In this document: piece by piece, positions 1 to 12,326 of the stretch | How the letters are laid out: the number at the start of each line of letters is the position of its first letter | Numbering within the stretch: the first letter of the stretch is position 1 | Assembly: GCA_013239625.1 (NCBI GenBank) | Contig: MU057051.1 | Coordinates: 3,165,664 to 3,229,663, forward strand | Direction: 5' to 3' | DNA: 64,000 bases | From: Lama guanicoe | Lineage: Eukaryota | Position numbers and translations under genes: made by a program | Notes under the pieces: generated by a model | The model's input: only the letters and a program-made list of their open reading frames with translations | The model's database searches: none | Told to the model about the DNA's origin: nothing

Positions 1-625
1 CCTTCCTGGACAACAGCAAAAGCCTCCTAGCTGGTCCACCCACATCCCCTCTTTTGCCCTCTCCAGTCCATCCCCCACACACTTTGAAGCCCAAATCAGA
101 TCGTGCCATCCCCTGCTTAAATGTCTCAATGGCTTTCCTCTGCTCTTAAGGATAAAGACAAATACAAACAACAAACCTTCTTACCTCAGTCCACGGGTTT
201 ACGTGGTCTACCGTATCTGCCCAATCCCATCACATACCATACTTCTCCTCACTCAACTCATCTTTCCAACAGCCTTTTCTTTTCTAAGTTTCTTCCTATA
301 CCACGCTCCCTCCTACCCCAGGACCTTTGCACACCTGCCTGGAAGACTGTCTCTGCACATCATTCACTCTTGCACAGCCCAATCATCACCTCCTCAAGGA
401 AATGGTCGCTGACCTTCCAGACTTGGTTAAATCTCCACCCCTCTCTTCTACGCACATTGCTGCAATTTGTATTTACTTGTGTGGCTTTTTTCCTTATATC
501 TCTTCCACGGGACTGTAAGCTTTCTGCAAGCAATGAGCAGGTATCCATTTTTACTCAGTAGATTTAATACAGTGTCTGGCCCGAAGTAAATACTCAAATA
601 CACACACACACACAAATTGTTGAAA
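1..625 (+). mobile_element. L2 3' fragment
   Basis: cccctgcttaaa...caggacctttgcac...gactgtaagct...acagtgtctggc...actcaaata...ttgttgaa. Confidence 0.75.
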
Positions 626-3223
626 CAATCAATCTCAAGTAGGAGCAACCTACGTGAAAAAAAAGAAGTATGATATAATACACTCCATAACAGAGATATA
701 AACTGACTGCTCTGGGAGACGGGACAAGGGAGCCTTAACTCTACCTGGTGAGATGGGCAAAGCTGCAAAGCACTGGGCACCAAGCAGACAAGGGAAGGGA
801 AAGGCAATGCAGACAGAAAAAACAGCACATGCCAAGGTATGGAAGCTCTGCAAGGACTGCTTGCTTCCTGGTAGATTCTGCTTTACATCTAGACCACCCC
901 CACCTGCAGTCCTTGAGGAAGAAGAGTGTCTTTTAAGCTCTCTTCTCTAGCATGACAGGTGGTGCACTGGGGCACTGAAGTGTCCGCTAACGTGAGCAGT
1001 GAGCATCTTCCAGTTTATCAGCGGTACTCCCTTGCGGACGGGCATCCTCAGGCTGCCCACCCCGCCTGCGTGCGTGCCAGTCCACAGCTCTGCTGCACAG
1101 CGCGCACGCTCAGCTGCCACGGCCTTGATATTAAAGCCACTTCTGGAAACCGCAGGTCTCTCTTTAACCCCACTCTGTGGTCAGCCACTGACATCCAACA
1201 ACATTCTTATGGATGCTGAATGGGAGGCCTAGATTAAGAGCGTCAGCTTGCTCCGGACCCTTTTCTGGGGCTTTGAGTGCAGTGGATCCAAGCTGAAGCA
1301 GGTGTGTGCGCATCTTTATTCCCACTGCCACAGGGAGATGCATGCCAGATGCTTCTCCTAGAGTTTGTTTTAATCAAGAGGAATCCTGTAGGAACCACCC
1401 CCCACCCACCCTCCAACCCCCTGACCAGGCCTGTTCTTTGTTCCACAAAGCAAACAGCTAGTTCCGCCTGCCAGGGCAGCCGAGGTGCACACACGCAGGA
1501 GCAAACAAAGAGGCCCTCTTGCCCAAGATTTTCTTTCCTGTTGGCCTGACACGGTTGCCGGTGCCCTTTGTCTGAAGTCACCAGATGTGCCAGGCACCCT
1601 CAGGGAACCGCGGTAGCTGGGTATATCACTCCCTGACCTTCCATTTCCACCGCCGCCCTCACAACACCCAGCCTAGTAGCACAGGGAGGGGCAGGTGGGG
1701 GTAGAGGGGACAGTGGTCTGCTGCTCTGTTCTGAATGCTGACGTGCTGCTCCCAGAGCAAGTGCGTCCAAGTCCCCCACGGAGTGGTCCTGATGCCTGGT
1801 CCCTCACTCCTCCCTCCTCCCTGGCCTGCAAGCATCCATCCGGCATGTCTACACTGTGCCAAGACTGTGCCACCAATGACCTTGCGTCACCCTCACCGCT
1901 GCTCCGAGGCTCTGTCATTATTCCCACTGTGGTGACAGGGAAACCTGGGCTCAGACTGGGTAAGTGCCACACCCTAGATCACACAGCCCGGCTTGAGGAG
2001 GTCTATCCGCCCCCCACCACCCCGAGCAGAGGCCACCGACCTCTTTCTTCAGGTCTTGAGGATTCCTTCACAAAAAGGATTAATTAGGGTGTGAAAGGCT
2101 ATAATCAACCCAAATACCAGGTCAGGCACACTCTCAATCTGGTCAGTAGACAACTCTCTTGATAATTAGAACAATCGTATTGGAAATAGTCACGTTTTGT
2201 TTTGAAAATCCTACCAAAGGTAGTTTGGGTTTTGCTTTTATTTAATGTATTTGCTGTCTCTGTGAGCACATCCAGCTGCACCTTAGAACAACTCATGAAT
2301 GTTTTCCCTGAAAACACACACTTCCCTCCTCTTGTCTTTCACTCATTTATCTTATCTCCACTCCCCAGAGTTCATGAGGCTCCATTCCACAGCCCTTCCT
2401 GGTTATCGGTTTTGTTTTTACAAGCAACATTTATCTGGATTGCTAAGACATTCTTGGCTTTCTAGAAACATGCTTTCATTTTTCTCATCAGCTGGTCACT
2501 TTATACGCTTCCAAAGTTATGCCTCCACATGAAAATAGTGCCCTTAATATCCTTACGCTTCACATGGCATTAACTACAGCTATGATGAAATGGGACACGA
2601 ATAGTTTATTAAAGTCCATCTACACCCGGGAAAATCATGCTAGTCATCATGCAAATCACACTGAACATTCCCCAGGACAATGTGATTCGTTTACCTCTCT
2701 GTGTTTACAAGCAACTCCCCCGAATTATTTATCAATATTTTAATATACAGAACTCAGAAACAGGAGGGTGGCTACACCCTCGTATTTTCCCAGGCAAACT
2801 GACAGTCCCCAGGGCCAATATTTCCCACCATTCTTCCTCTCCTTGGTGGTGTTCCTAGGTCAAAAGGGCAGACTAAGGCTGTGTTTGAAAGTCACCACAG
2901 GTATAAAACCAGAAATTTAGGCTTTACGATGTTTGATTTTAAAGAAGCCACCAAGTCATAGGCATGAGAAATTCTTGACACGGAAGGGAGGCCTTCTACC
3001 AAGAGGGGTCAAAGCATCTTGGAGGCATGAGAACCAGGAGAGGTTTCAGAGTCACTGCATCTTACAATCCACAATGAAGCTGGTAATGAGACCAACACAA
3101 GGAAGGCTTGGCAGTGATTGAGAAAGCAAGAATATTCACAATACAGTGCAAATGAGTTGCTGACAGTTGATTTCTGGGTTGTACAGGCAAGCTATTTCTG
3201 TGATCTTTAAGAAAAACTTCCTG

Positions 3224-3370
3224 GGGGTAGGGTGGAGGGTATAGCTCAGTGGTAGAGTGCATGCTTAGCATGCACGAAGTCCTGGGTTCAAACTCCAGTA
3301 CCTTTGTTAAAAATAAACAAGTGACTTAATAATCCCCCCCAAAAGACGTAGAAATTTAAAAAATTTTAAA
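3224..3370 (+). mobile_element. tRNA-Ala(AGC)-derived SINE (camelid Vic-1 type)
   Basis: A box tagctcagtgg, anticodon arm gcatgcttagcatgc, B box gttcaaact, A-rich tail; perfect 15-bp TSD aagaaaaacttcctg (3209-3223, 3371-3385). Confidence 0.92.
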
Positions 3371-5853
3371 AAGAAAAACTTCCTGTAGAAACTACAGGAA
3401 AGGTCCAGGGTTCCATGACCCACAGGGTATCACCAGGGCACATGAACTGATCCTCTAGCCTACAAAACCCCTTAGAAAAGCATGAGGAAAAATAAGACCT
3501 TGCCTTCAAGGAGTTGCGAGATGATGACAGCCATCTTCACAGCTCTTGTCATACAAGGAATGGGCAATAAAACCCAGAGTAAAGGGCAAAGAGAAAGCTA
3601 TTGCATCCAGAGGAGAGGAGCTACCTTTCAGCTTTATAGGCCGTGTCCTGCAAGAAGCACACGGAGACACTCAGAGGGATGGCAAACCAACCAGCGCCTG
3701 AGCTCATGCCGAGACACTCCAGTTTCCAGGGAACACCCTTGGCCAAAATCTGCTGGATGGGAAACCAGCCGAACGCTCTGCACCCTCACAAGTAGATGGG
3801 GTTCAGGAATGAACAGAGAAAGACATAACCCAGTTGTTCTGGGATGGAAAATATAACACGCACCAGTTTGCAATTAGTCTAAAATGAAGAATCAGGACCA
3901 TTTTAGCCCCAAACAGAAAGAACAGAAAGTTCATGAGGTTGGGTCCTTTCCCAAAATAAAATTCACCCTTCCTAAAGCTTTTTAATTTTCTATTTTTAAT
4001 GGCCTCATCGTACATGAGTAGTTAATTATAAGCCGCTCACAAGGGAAGGGTGTTAGGTGCTTGAAATCCAGGCGCAGAGGAGAAAAAAGGAGCAAGAGAC
4101 AGGGTGGCGGCAGAGGTGGGCTCTTTCACACCCTGGATTTCATTAGAGCTGCAGCAGATAGCTAGAGACGAGAGGAGAAGAAAGAGAATCCTCTGTATTT
4201 CCACCATCAAGAAAGCTTTCTGGCCTCCAATTCGGAACACAGATCCTTCCCAGCCCCTCCTTCTTCACTCACACGCTATCCAGTTACAAAAAAACTGGAG
4301 TGGCTATGCCTTTTACAGTCACTAGAAGAGCCTATAAATGTAACATTTTTAAATAGCAAGAGCACAGACATATAAAAATGATGGTCTTTGGACCCAACAT
4401 TTTCTTGCCTTGCAAAACTTACTTTCTAAGTGATTTTCAGTTGGTATCTCCAGCCAGTGTTCTGGCATATCTCTCTGGGTGATCACTGTTTGTCTTATTC
4501 TTCTGGGTATGACTTCACCCATCACCCATACATGACAAGAGAGAAGCCTGGGTTTTGCTGGTCATCTTAGCTATACTACCTTGACCAGTATCACACATAC
4601 ATTTGGAGCTCAGTAAATATTTGGTATTTGCTGAATACCCCTGAGTGGGGAAAGTTACCAATCAAGTGCCTACTATAACCACAGCAAATGAAAAGAATAG
4701 AATTTAAGAATGTGCCATCTCCCTGAATCCACTAAATGGCACTTGGGAGGATCCGCAAGTCTGACAGCATGCTGACCTGTGCACATGAGTATATGTGTGG
4801 ACCTCAGGGTTATCCAAAAGTCCCACTAAGCCTTGGATCCTGCATTAGTCCCTACATATGAAAGCTAAAGAAACAAGAGAAGTCACTGATCTCTTTTCAG
4901 TTTAACCAAGTTGAGTTTTAAATTGGTGTTTCTCCCTGTGGAGACCATGCTTAACATTCGATCTATCGTTGGATTCTCTGTCTGCTGTGGGTCATACTGA
5001 CTTCATCAGTATGCTTTCTGTGTCTTTTTCACGGGAAACAAGTTAAAAAGATAAAGCCAAGAGATCTGTCACCCGCTGCAGGAAAACTCCTTCCAAATCT
5101 GTCTGTAACCCCAACCTCCTTGCCTAGGAAGGCTGTCAAAAGGAAGAAATCATGATTTAAATGATCCTGAACGAGTTTCTTGCTGACGTCCAGGGATCAT
5201 CTCTTTCTTCAACTCTTACTTGAACTTTTAATATATTCTAAAAGAAGGACAAGAGAATCACTGTGATTAAACTTTATTACCTTAAAATTAGAAACATCAA
5301 CTCATTATTAGAACCATCAATACTCATACACCCATACATGGCCACTCAACCAGTGCCCCTTTCCCACCAATGCAGGAGGACACATGTGCTCCCAGAACTC
5401 TCCATAAAGAAGTAAAATCTGGAAACAAAATGCCCACATACAAGGGGCCCTTCAAGACTCCAGGGCAATGACTTGTTTCTGTCACAGTGACACGTGAACT
5501 TAGGCAAGTACAAATGACAGTGGGCAAGTCTGGGTCTTAGCATCTACGTCCTCCCCGTGCTCACAGAGTCCCGGCAACGCCCAGGCTAGGAAAGAAGCTT
5601 GGGTACCATTTTCAGAATTGCATGTGAAAAGAAGCTTCACTTCCTCTGAGGAAGTTTTTTTTTCCCTTATAGACAGCAAATATTATGGTGTTGATCAAGT
5701 TTCTCTTTTCACTTAGACGGCCAAAAATCTCACGGCCACACTTCTAATTCACCTTCAGGATCTCTGGACTAGATGTCTCGGCGGTCCTTTGTCCCCACCA
5801 TCTCCAGTAGTAACTCTAGTTGAATCTCTGTTTTCCATGATTTTTTATGATTT

Positions 5854-5874
5854 TATATATATATATATATATAT
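5854..5874. repeat. (TA)10 microsatellite
   Basis: Direct reading. Confidence 0.9.
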
Positions 5875-6872
5875 TTTTTAATTTTTACTGTATCTGCTCT
5901 TGTGAATAGCCTCAGATTCATCTTGTGAAAATGTCAGGGTGTAAACAAAGATGCCGATATATTGCTCTGGGAAATTTCCCCTCCAAATAGAGGCTGGCAG
6001 CCCTTAATCTCTGCCCTGTGCTATTAGGTAGGAGCGGAGCATAACTCTGAAATGCGTGTGATGCCTGAGGAAGTAAACCAAGTTAGGCCCATGTCACCTT
6101 TTGATGTCATTTTCTGGGCCCACTGAGAGGGTCAGATACTCCACCTTCTAAGTTAAGAGGTGCCTGTTTTGCTGCCCAGTCTCCCAGGTTTTATAATCAT
6201 CAGTCTGAGAAATCTAAGACTTCAGCTGATAAATAAAGTGGACTCCTCCAGATTAGTCATCATAACTGAGAATTTCAAAAAGTTTCAATGAAGAAATGAA
6301 GTCTCTAACTAGAAACACCCGGGAGTGAAGCTAGTGGGGAAGGGAGTTAGGGAGTTGGTCCCCCGGGTACCATGTGAACCACACCTGAGCCCACACATGC
6401 TGAGAGCACTTTTACTGACAGAATCTCACTGGGAACCTGTTCTCCAAAGTAGAAAGAGAAGCCATTTTCTTTCTCTTACAAGCTGGTTGCACCATTATCC
6501 AGTTACTATTCTGCCTCTCAGCTACAACGTGAGCATCTCTGAGTACACGGACCTAACAGCAAAAGGTCACGCAGGCAGGAGACTCATGAAATACTTGTTC
6601 TTATGCTCATTCCTTCATTATCTCAGTCAGCAATCATACAAGTACCTCTTGCGTGCCAGAGGCTGTGTGTGCTGAAAGATGAACGAGGAGCTCACAGCGT
6701 AGAAGCGCAGACGGGAGAACAAGTAAGTCACAGTGCCATGTGCAAGCGATGCACCAGCGGTGCACGTGGTGGGCAGTGGAGAAAGTGGTGCCACCGGAAG
6801 GGGGCTTGCCAGAGATGGCTTCACAGAAGACATACCGAGTGGGGTGTCAGAACATTTCACTGGGGAGTTTTT

Positions 6873-7833
6873 TTATTTTTATTTTTAAACTTTTTTTTAG
6901 AACAGTCTTAGATTATAGGAAAACTGCTAAGCTAATACAAGGTTCCCATATACTCCACACTCGGTTTCTGCTCTTACTGCACTGTACCTTAGTATGGTAC
7001 ATTTGTCATAATTAATGAGCCAATATCGACACATCATTATTAACCAAAGTTCATAGTACATTTAGTTCTCCTTAGTGTTTAGTGCCCTTTTTCTGTTGCA
7101 GAATGCCAGACTGGATCCCACATTGTATTTAGTCATCATGTTTCCTGAAGCTCTCCTTGGCTGTGACAGTTCCTCAGACTTTCACTGGTTTTGTAGACCT
7201 TGACAGTTTGGACAGTGCTGTCAGGTATTCTGTCGAATGTCCCTCAATTGGGATGTGTCCGATGTCCTTCCTCACAATTAGACTGGGGTTAGGGGTTTTG
7301 GGGAAGAAGACCACAGAGATGAAAGGCCACTCTCACCACATCCTATCAAGGGTATTTGCTATCAACGTGATTAATCACGTTGACACTAACCTTGTTCACC
7401 TGGCTGAGGTACTGCCTGTCAGGTTTCTCCACTGACCAAAAAAAGTTACTTTTTTCTCCCTCTTTCCAAAAACTGTCCTCTGTGGAAGGAAGTCACTAAA
7501 TGCAGCCCATACTTAAAAAGTGGGGAGCTCGACTCTACCTTCTTGAAAGCAAAGTACCTATATAAATTATCTGAAATTATTCTGTAACAGAGATGTGTCT
7601 ATTCTTCCTCATTTATTTATTTATTCAGCCANNNNNNNNNNNNNNNNNNNNNNNNNNNNNNNNNNNNNNNNNNNNNNNNNNNNNNNNNNNNNNNNNNNNN
7701 NNNNNNNNNNNNNNNNNNNNNNNNNNNNNNNNNNNNNNNNNNNNNNNNNNNNNNNNNNNNGGTACCACGCCTGCACAGCGTGGGCACGTGTGTGGGTTTC
7801 TCGTGAGCATTTTCTTACTTTCTGGCACTACCA
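6873..7833 (-). mobile_element. L1MC-type 3' end
   Basis: ttagtatggtacatttgtcataattaatgagccaatatcgacacatcattattaaccaaagt...gtgagcattttcttactttctggcactac resembles the L1MC 3' UTR as recalled. Confidence 0.8.
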
Positions 7834-8514
7834 GGTAGATTTTCACAACATAGTTTCTGCACAGCAAAGCTTGACCATGTTGACAACATCTTCAAATACA
7901 CCAGCATCGCAGAACTTTAATGTAAAAGAGGACCCCAGAGGCTGTTAATCTAGTGCCCTCCTTTGACACAGGAGAAAGCTGAGAGTGACACTGAAGCCTG
8001 AGGTCACACAGCTTTGTAACAAGCTTTGTAACACACAGCTTTGTTCCTTATGAGGAACCCCGGCTTTCTACTGCTTAAGTTCATTTCCCTTTTTCCACTA
8101 TCCCAACTATCCGTTGTTGCCCATGTGTGAAAGCCCAGTCTACAGCAGAGAAACTGTGTCCAACGCTACATCTCTCCAGGTGACCAAGTGGCCTCCGTAA
8201 GGCTGCACGCAGAGCAGGGTTAAAATGTGTTTACTCTACGTTCAGATGTTCAGGGAAGACGGCACTCTTTATTTTCTGCAACAGACCTCCTTTTCCTCTC
8301 AGTCTCTCACCCACGTGGGACGGCAGTAACCCTAACTTGAACTTAGCAGAAACAGTACCTCACAGTTCCTTCTGGTTTGAACAATCTCTTTAGAGTAAGC
8401 ATTTTAAATTCCCCACTGTCCAGGCCTCGCTACCAAACCACAAGTCTGGGAACTTGGATGCTAAGGGACTTGGAAAGCCTATCTGAACAGGGACACAGAC
8501 AGAACACTGCTAAG

Positions 8515-9320
8515 CCCATCAGTGGGGGCAAGAAGAGTCTCTTCGAGAAATGGTATTGGAACAACCAACACCCACATGCAAAAGAATGACACTGGACCTC
8601 AATCTCACACCACGCTCAAGAATTAGCTCAAAATGGATCACAGACTTAAATGTAACTGATAAAACCATAAAACTAAAACTACTGAATTCTTAGAAGAAAA
8701 GTAAGTCAATGTGATGCTGGTCTGGGCAATGGTTTCTTAGAAATGATACAAGTAACAAAAGAAAAATACATAAACTGGACATCCAGAAAATTAAAAATGT
8801 GCTTCGAAGGACAGCACCAAGAAAGCGAAAAGGCAAGCCACAGGACAGGAGAAACATTTTGCAGATTATGTATGTGATAGAGACTGGTATCTAGACTCCA
8901 TGAAGAACTGTTACAACACAATAATAAAAAAGATAGGCCANNNNNNNNNNNNNNNNNNNNNNNNNNNNNNNNNNNNNNNNNNNNNNNNNNNNNNNNNNNN
9001 NNNNNNNNNNNNNNNNNNNNNNNNNNNNNNNNNNNNNNNNNNNNNNNNNNNNNNNNNNNNNNNNNNNNNNNNNNNNNNNNNNNNNNNNNNNNNNNNNNNN
9101 NNNNNNNNNNNNNNNNNNNNNNNNNNNNNNNNNNNNNNNNNNNNNNNNNNNNNNNNNNNNNNNNNNNNNNNNNNNNNNNNNNNNNNNNNNNNNNNNNNNN
9201 NNCAGTTTGATCAGTTTGTCCATTCTTCAAGCAAATAAATATAAAGTTACTATATGACTCAGATTTCACTCTTAGGTATATACCGTAAATAAATGAAAAC
9301 ATCTGTTCACAACCAACCTG
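8515..9320 (+). mobile_element. Degenerate L1 ORF2 3' fragment
   Basis: KKSLFEKWYWNN, ctcaaaatggatcacagacttaaatgtaa, gagaaacattttgca; frameshifted. Confidence 0.85.
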
Positions 9321-10028
9321 TATATTCCATATAATCTATAGCTACATCCAAAGATCACAGAATACTGGAGACTCTTTTCCAGAAAGGCTTTCATAAAGCT
9401 TTTTCCCCCTCCACCTAGCATAGCTGGCAGCATCTGAACTTGTACCCATCTCTCCTTCATCTGGGCAGAAGATATGACCTCTATCTAATTCTAGACCTGC
9501 ACCTTATGAGAGGTAAAGAGCCAGGAAATCCAAGATTCTCAGTAACAGCACTTTCTACAAAGCTATCAATTAAACACAGTTCCAACCATCTAGTCCCATA
9601 TAGGTAGGTATTTGCCTCAATCCTGGGCCTTTTTGTAAAATAAAATAACATGAACAAAAAGAAAATCTAAGTAAACAGATTTATTTGGAAACAGCTGGTG
9701 ACATTTACATTACTACCAATATCAGAGAACACCAAATCCTCAGATTTCCAAATAGCACTGTGGGGAAAATAATGTATTCTCACCCAGTATTCCAACTGTC
9801 CCCACTACCATTTTTTGCCCAGAAAAACAAAAATAAGCCAATTCTCCTTTTTTTTTTTTTAGCTCTGCATACAAAGTAAGTAACTCTATATTGGCTCAAG
9901 GTAAAATAAGCAAAGAAGCTTATAAACTCAAGAAGAGAAAGGAAATGTTTTTTGGAACCCACTTTACCATCTTGGAAAAACTCATCCCCCAAGGAGAAGT
10001 GGTCCTGATTTTCATAATAACGTGTATT

Positions 10029-12326
10029 TTCAACACCCATTTATGATAAAAACTCTCGCCAAAGTGGGTATAGAGCGAACATATCTCAACATAATAAAAG
10101 CTATATATGACAAAATTACAGCCAGCATAGTTCTCAACGGTGAAAAACTCAAANNNNNNNNNNNNNNNNNNNNNNNNNNNNNNNNNNNNNNNNNNNNNNN
10201 NNNNNNNNNNNNNNNNNNNNNNNNNNNNNNNNNNNNNNNNNNNNNNNNNNNNNNNNNNNNNNNNNNNNNNNNNNNNNNNNNNNNNNNNNNNNNNNNNNCA
10301 TTATATGCTGACGACATGTTACTATATATAGAAAACCCTAAAAGGTCCACAAAAAAGCTACTAGAGCTGATCGAAGAATTCAGCAAGGTAGCAGGTTACA
10401 AAATTAATGTTCAAAAATCAGTTGCCTTTCTTTACACTAACGATAAATCAACAGAAAAAGAAAGTAAAGAAACAATCCCCTTTAAAATAGCACCCAAAGT
10501 AATAAAATATCTGGGAATAAATCTAACCAAGGAGGTGAAAGAATTATACACNNNNNNNNNNNNNNNNNNNNNNNNNNNNNNNNNNNNNNNNNNNNNNNNN
10601 NNNNNNNNNNNNNNNNNNNNNNNNNNNNNNNNNNNNNNNNNNNNNNNNNNNNNNNNNNNNNNNNNNNNNNNNNNNNNNNNNNNNNNNNNNNNNNNNNNNN
10701 NNNNNNNNNNATATTTCACAGAACTAGAACAAATCATAATAAAATAAAATTGGAACCATCAAAGACCTAGAATTGCCAAAGCATTACTGAAGAGAAAGAA
10801 AGAGGCTGGAGGAATAACTCTCCCAGACTTCAGACAATACTATAGAGCTACAGTCATCAAGACAGCATGGTATTGGTACCAAAACAGACATATAGACCAA
10901 TGGAACAGAATAGAGAGCCCAGAAATGAACCCACAAACTTTTGGTCAACTCATCTTCGACAAAGGAGGCAAGAATATACAATGGAATAAAGACAGTCTCT
11001 TCAGCAAATGGTGTTGGGAAAACTGGACAGCAGCATGTAAAACAATGAAGCTAGAACACACCCTTACACCATATACAAAAATCAACTCAAAATGGATTAA
11101 AGACTTAAACATAAGACAAGATACAATAAACCTCCTAGAGGAAAACATAGGCAAAACATTATCTGACATACATTTCAAAAATTTTCTCCTAGAAGAAATA
11201 AAAGCAAGAATAAACAAATGGGACCTAATGAAACTTACAAGCTTCTGCAGAGCAAAGGAAACCAGAAATAAAACAAGAAGAAAACCTACGGAATGGGAGA
11301 AAATTTTTGCAAGTGAAACCGACAAAGGCTTGATCTCCAAAATATATAAGCAGCTCATACGACTCAATAAGAAAAAAATAAACAACCCAATCCAAAAATG
11401 GGCAGAAGNNNNNNNNNNNNNNNNNNNNNNNNNNNNNNNNNNNNNNNNNNNNNNNNNNNNNNNNNNNNNNNNNNNNNNNNNNNNNNNNNNNNNNNNNNNN
11501 NNNNNNNNNNNNNNNNNNNNNNNNNNNNNNNNNNNNNNNNNNNNNNNNNNNNNNNNNNNNNNNNNNNNNNNNNNNNNNNNNNNNNNNNNNNNNNNNNNNN
11601 NNNNNNNNNNNNNNNNNNNNNNNNNNNNNNNNNNNNNNNNNNNNNNNNNNNNNNNNNNNNNNNNNNNNNNNNNNNNNNNNNNNNNCTTACCATATGACCC
11701 AGGAATCCCACTCCTGGGCTTGTATCCAGAAGGAAATCTACTTCAGGANNNNNNNNNNNNNNNNNNNNNNNNNNNNNNNNNNNNNNNNNNNNNNNNNNNN
11801 NNNNNNNNNNNNNNNNNNNNNNNNNNNNNNNNNNNNNNNNNNNNNNNNNNNNNNNNNNNNNNNNNNNNNNNNNNNNNNNNNNNNNNNNNNNNNNNNNNNN
11901 NNNNNNNNNNNNNNNNNNNNNNNNNNNNNNNNNNNNNCATTCTAAGTGAAGTAAGCCAGAAAGAGAAAGAAAAATACCATATGAGATCGCTCATATGTGG
12001 AATCTAAAAAACAAAAACAAACAAACAAACAAAAACAAAGCATAAATACAGGACAGAAATAGACTCATGGACAGAGAATACAGACTTGTGGTTACCAGGG
12101 GGGTAGAGGGTGGGAAGGGATAGACTGGGATTTCAAAATTGTAGAATAGATAAACAAGATTACACTGTATAGCACAGGGAAATATACACAAAATGTTATG
12201 ATAAATCACAGAGAAAAAAATGTGACAATGAGTGTGTATATGTCCATGAATGACTGAAAAATTGTGCTGAACACTGGAATTTGACACAACACTGTAAAAT
12301 GATTATGAATCAATAAAAAAAAAAAA
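10029..12326 (+). mobile_element. Young 5'-truncated L1 (ORF2 RT to C-terminus, 3' UTR, poly-A)
   Basis: ORF2 peptide QHPFMIKTL...YADDM (YADD at 10304-10315)...KYLGINLT...LPYDPGIPLLG in one frame, with a single visible stop at 10745-10747; AATAAA and A-tail at about 12312-12326. Confidence 0.97.
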
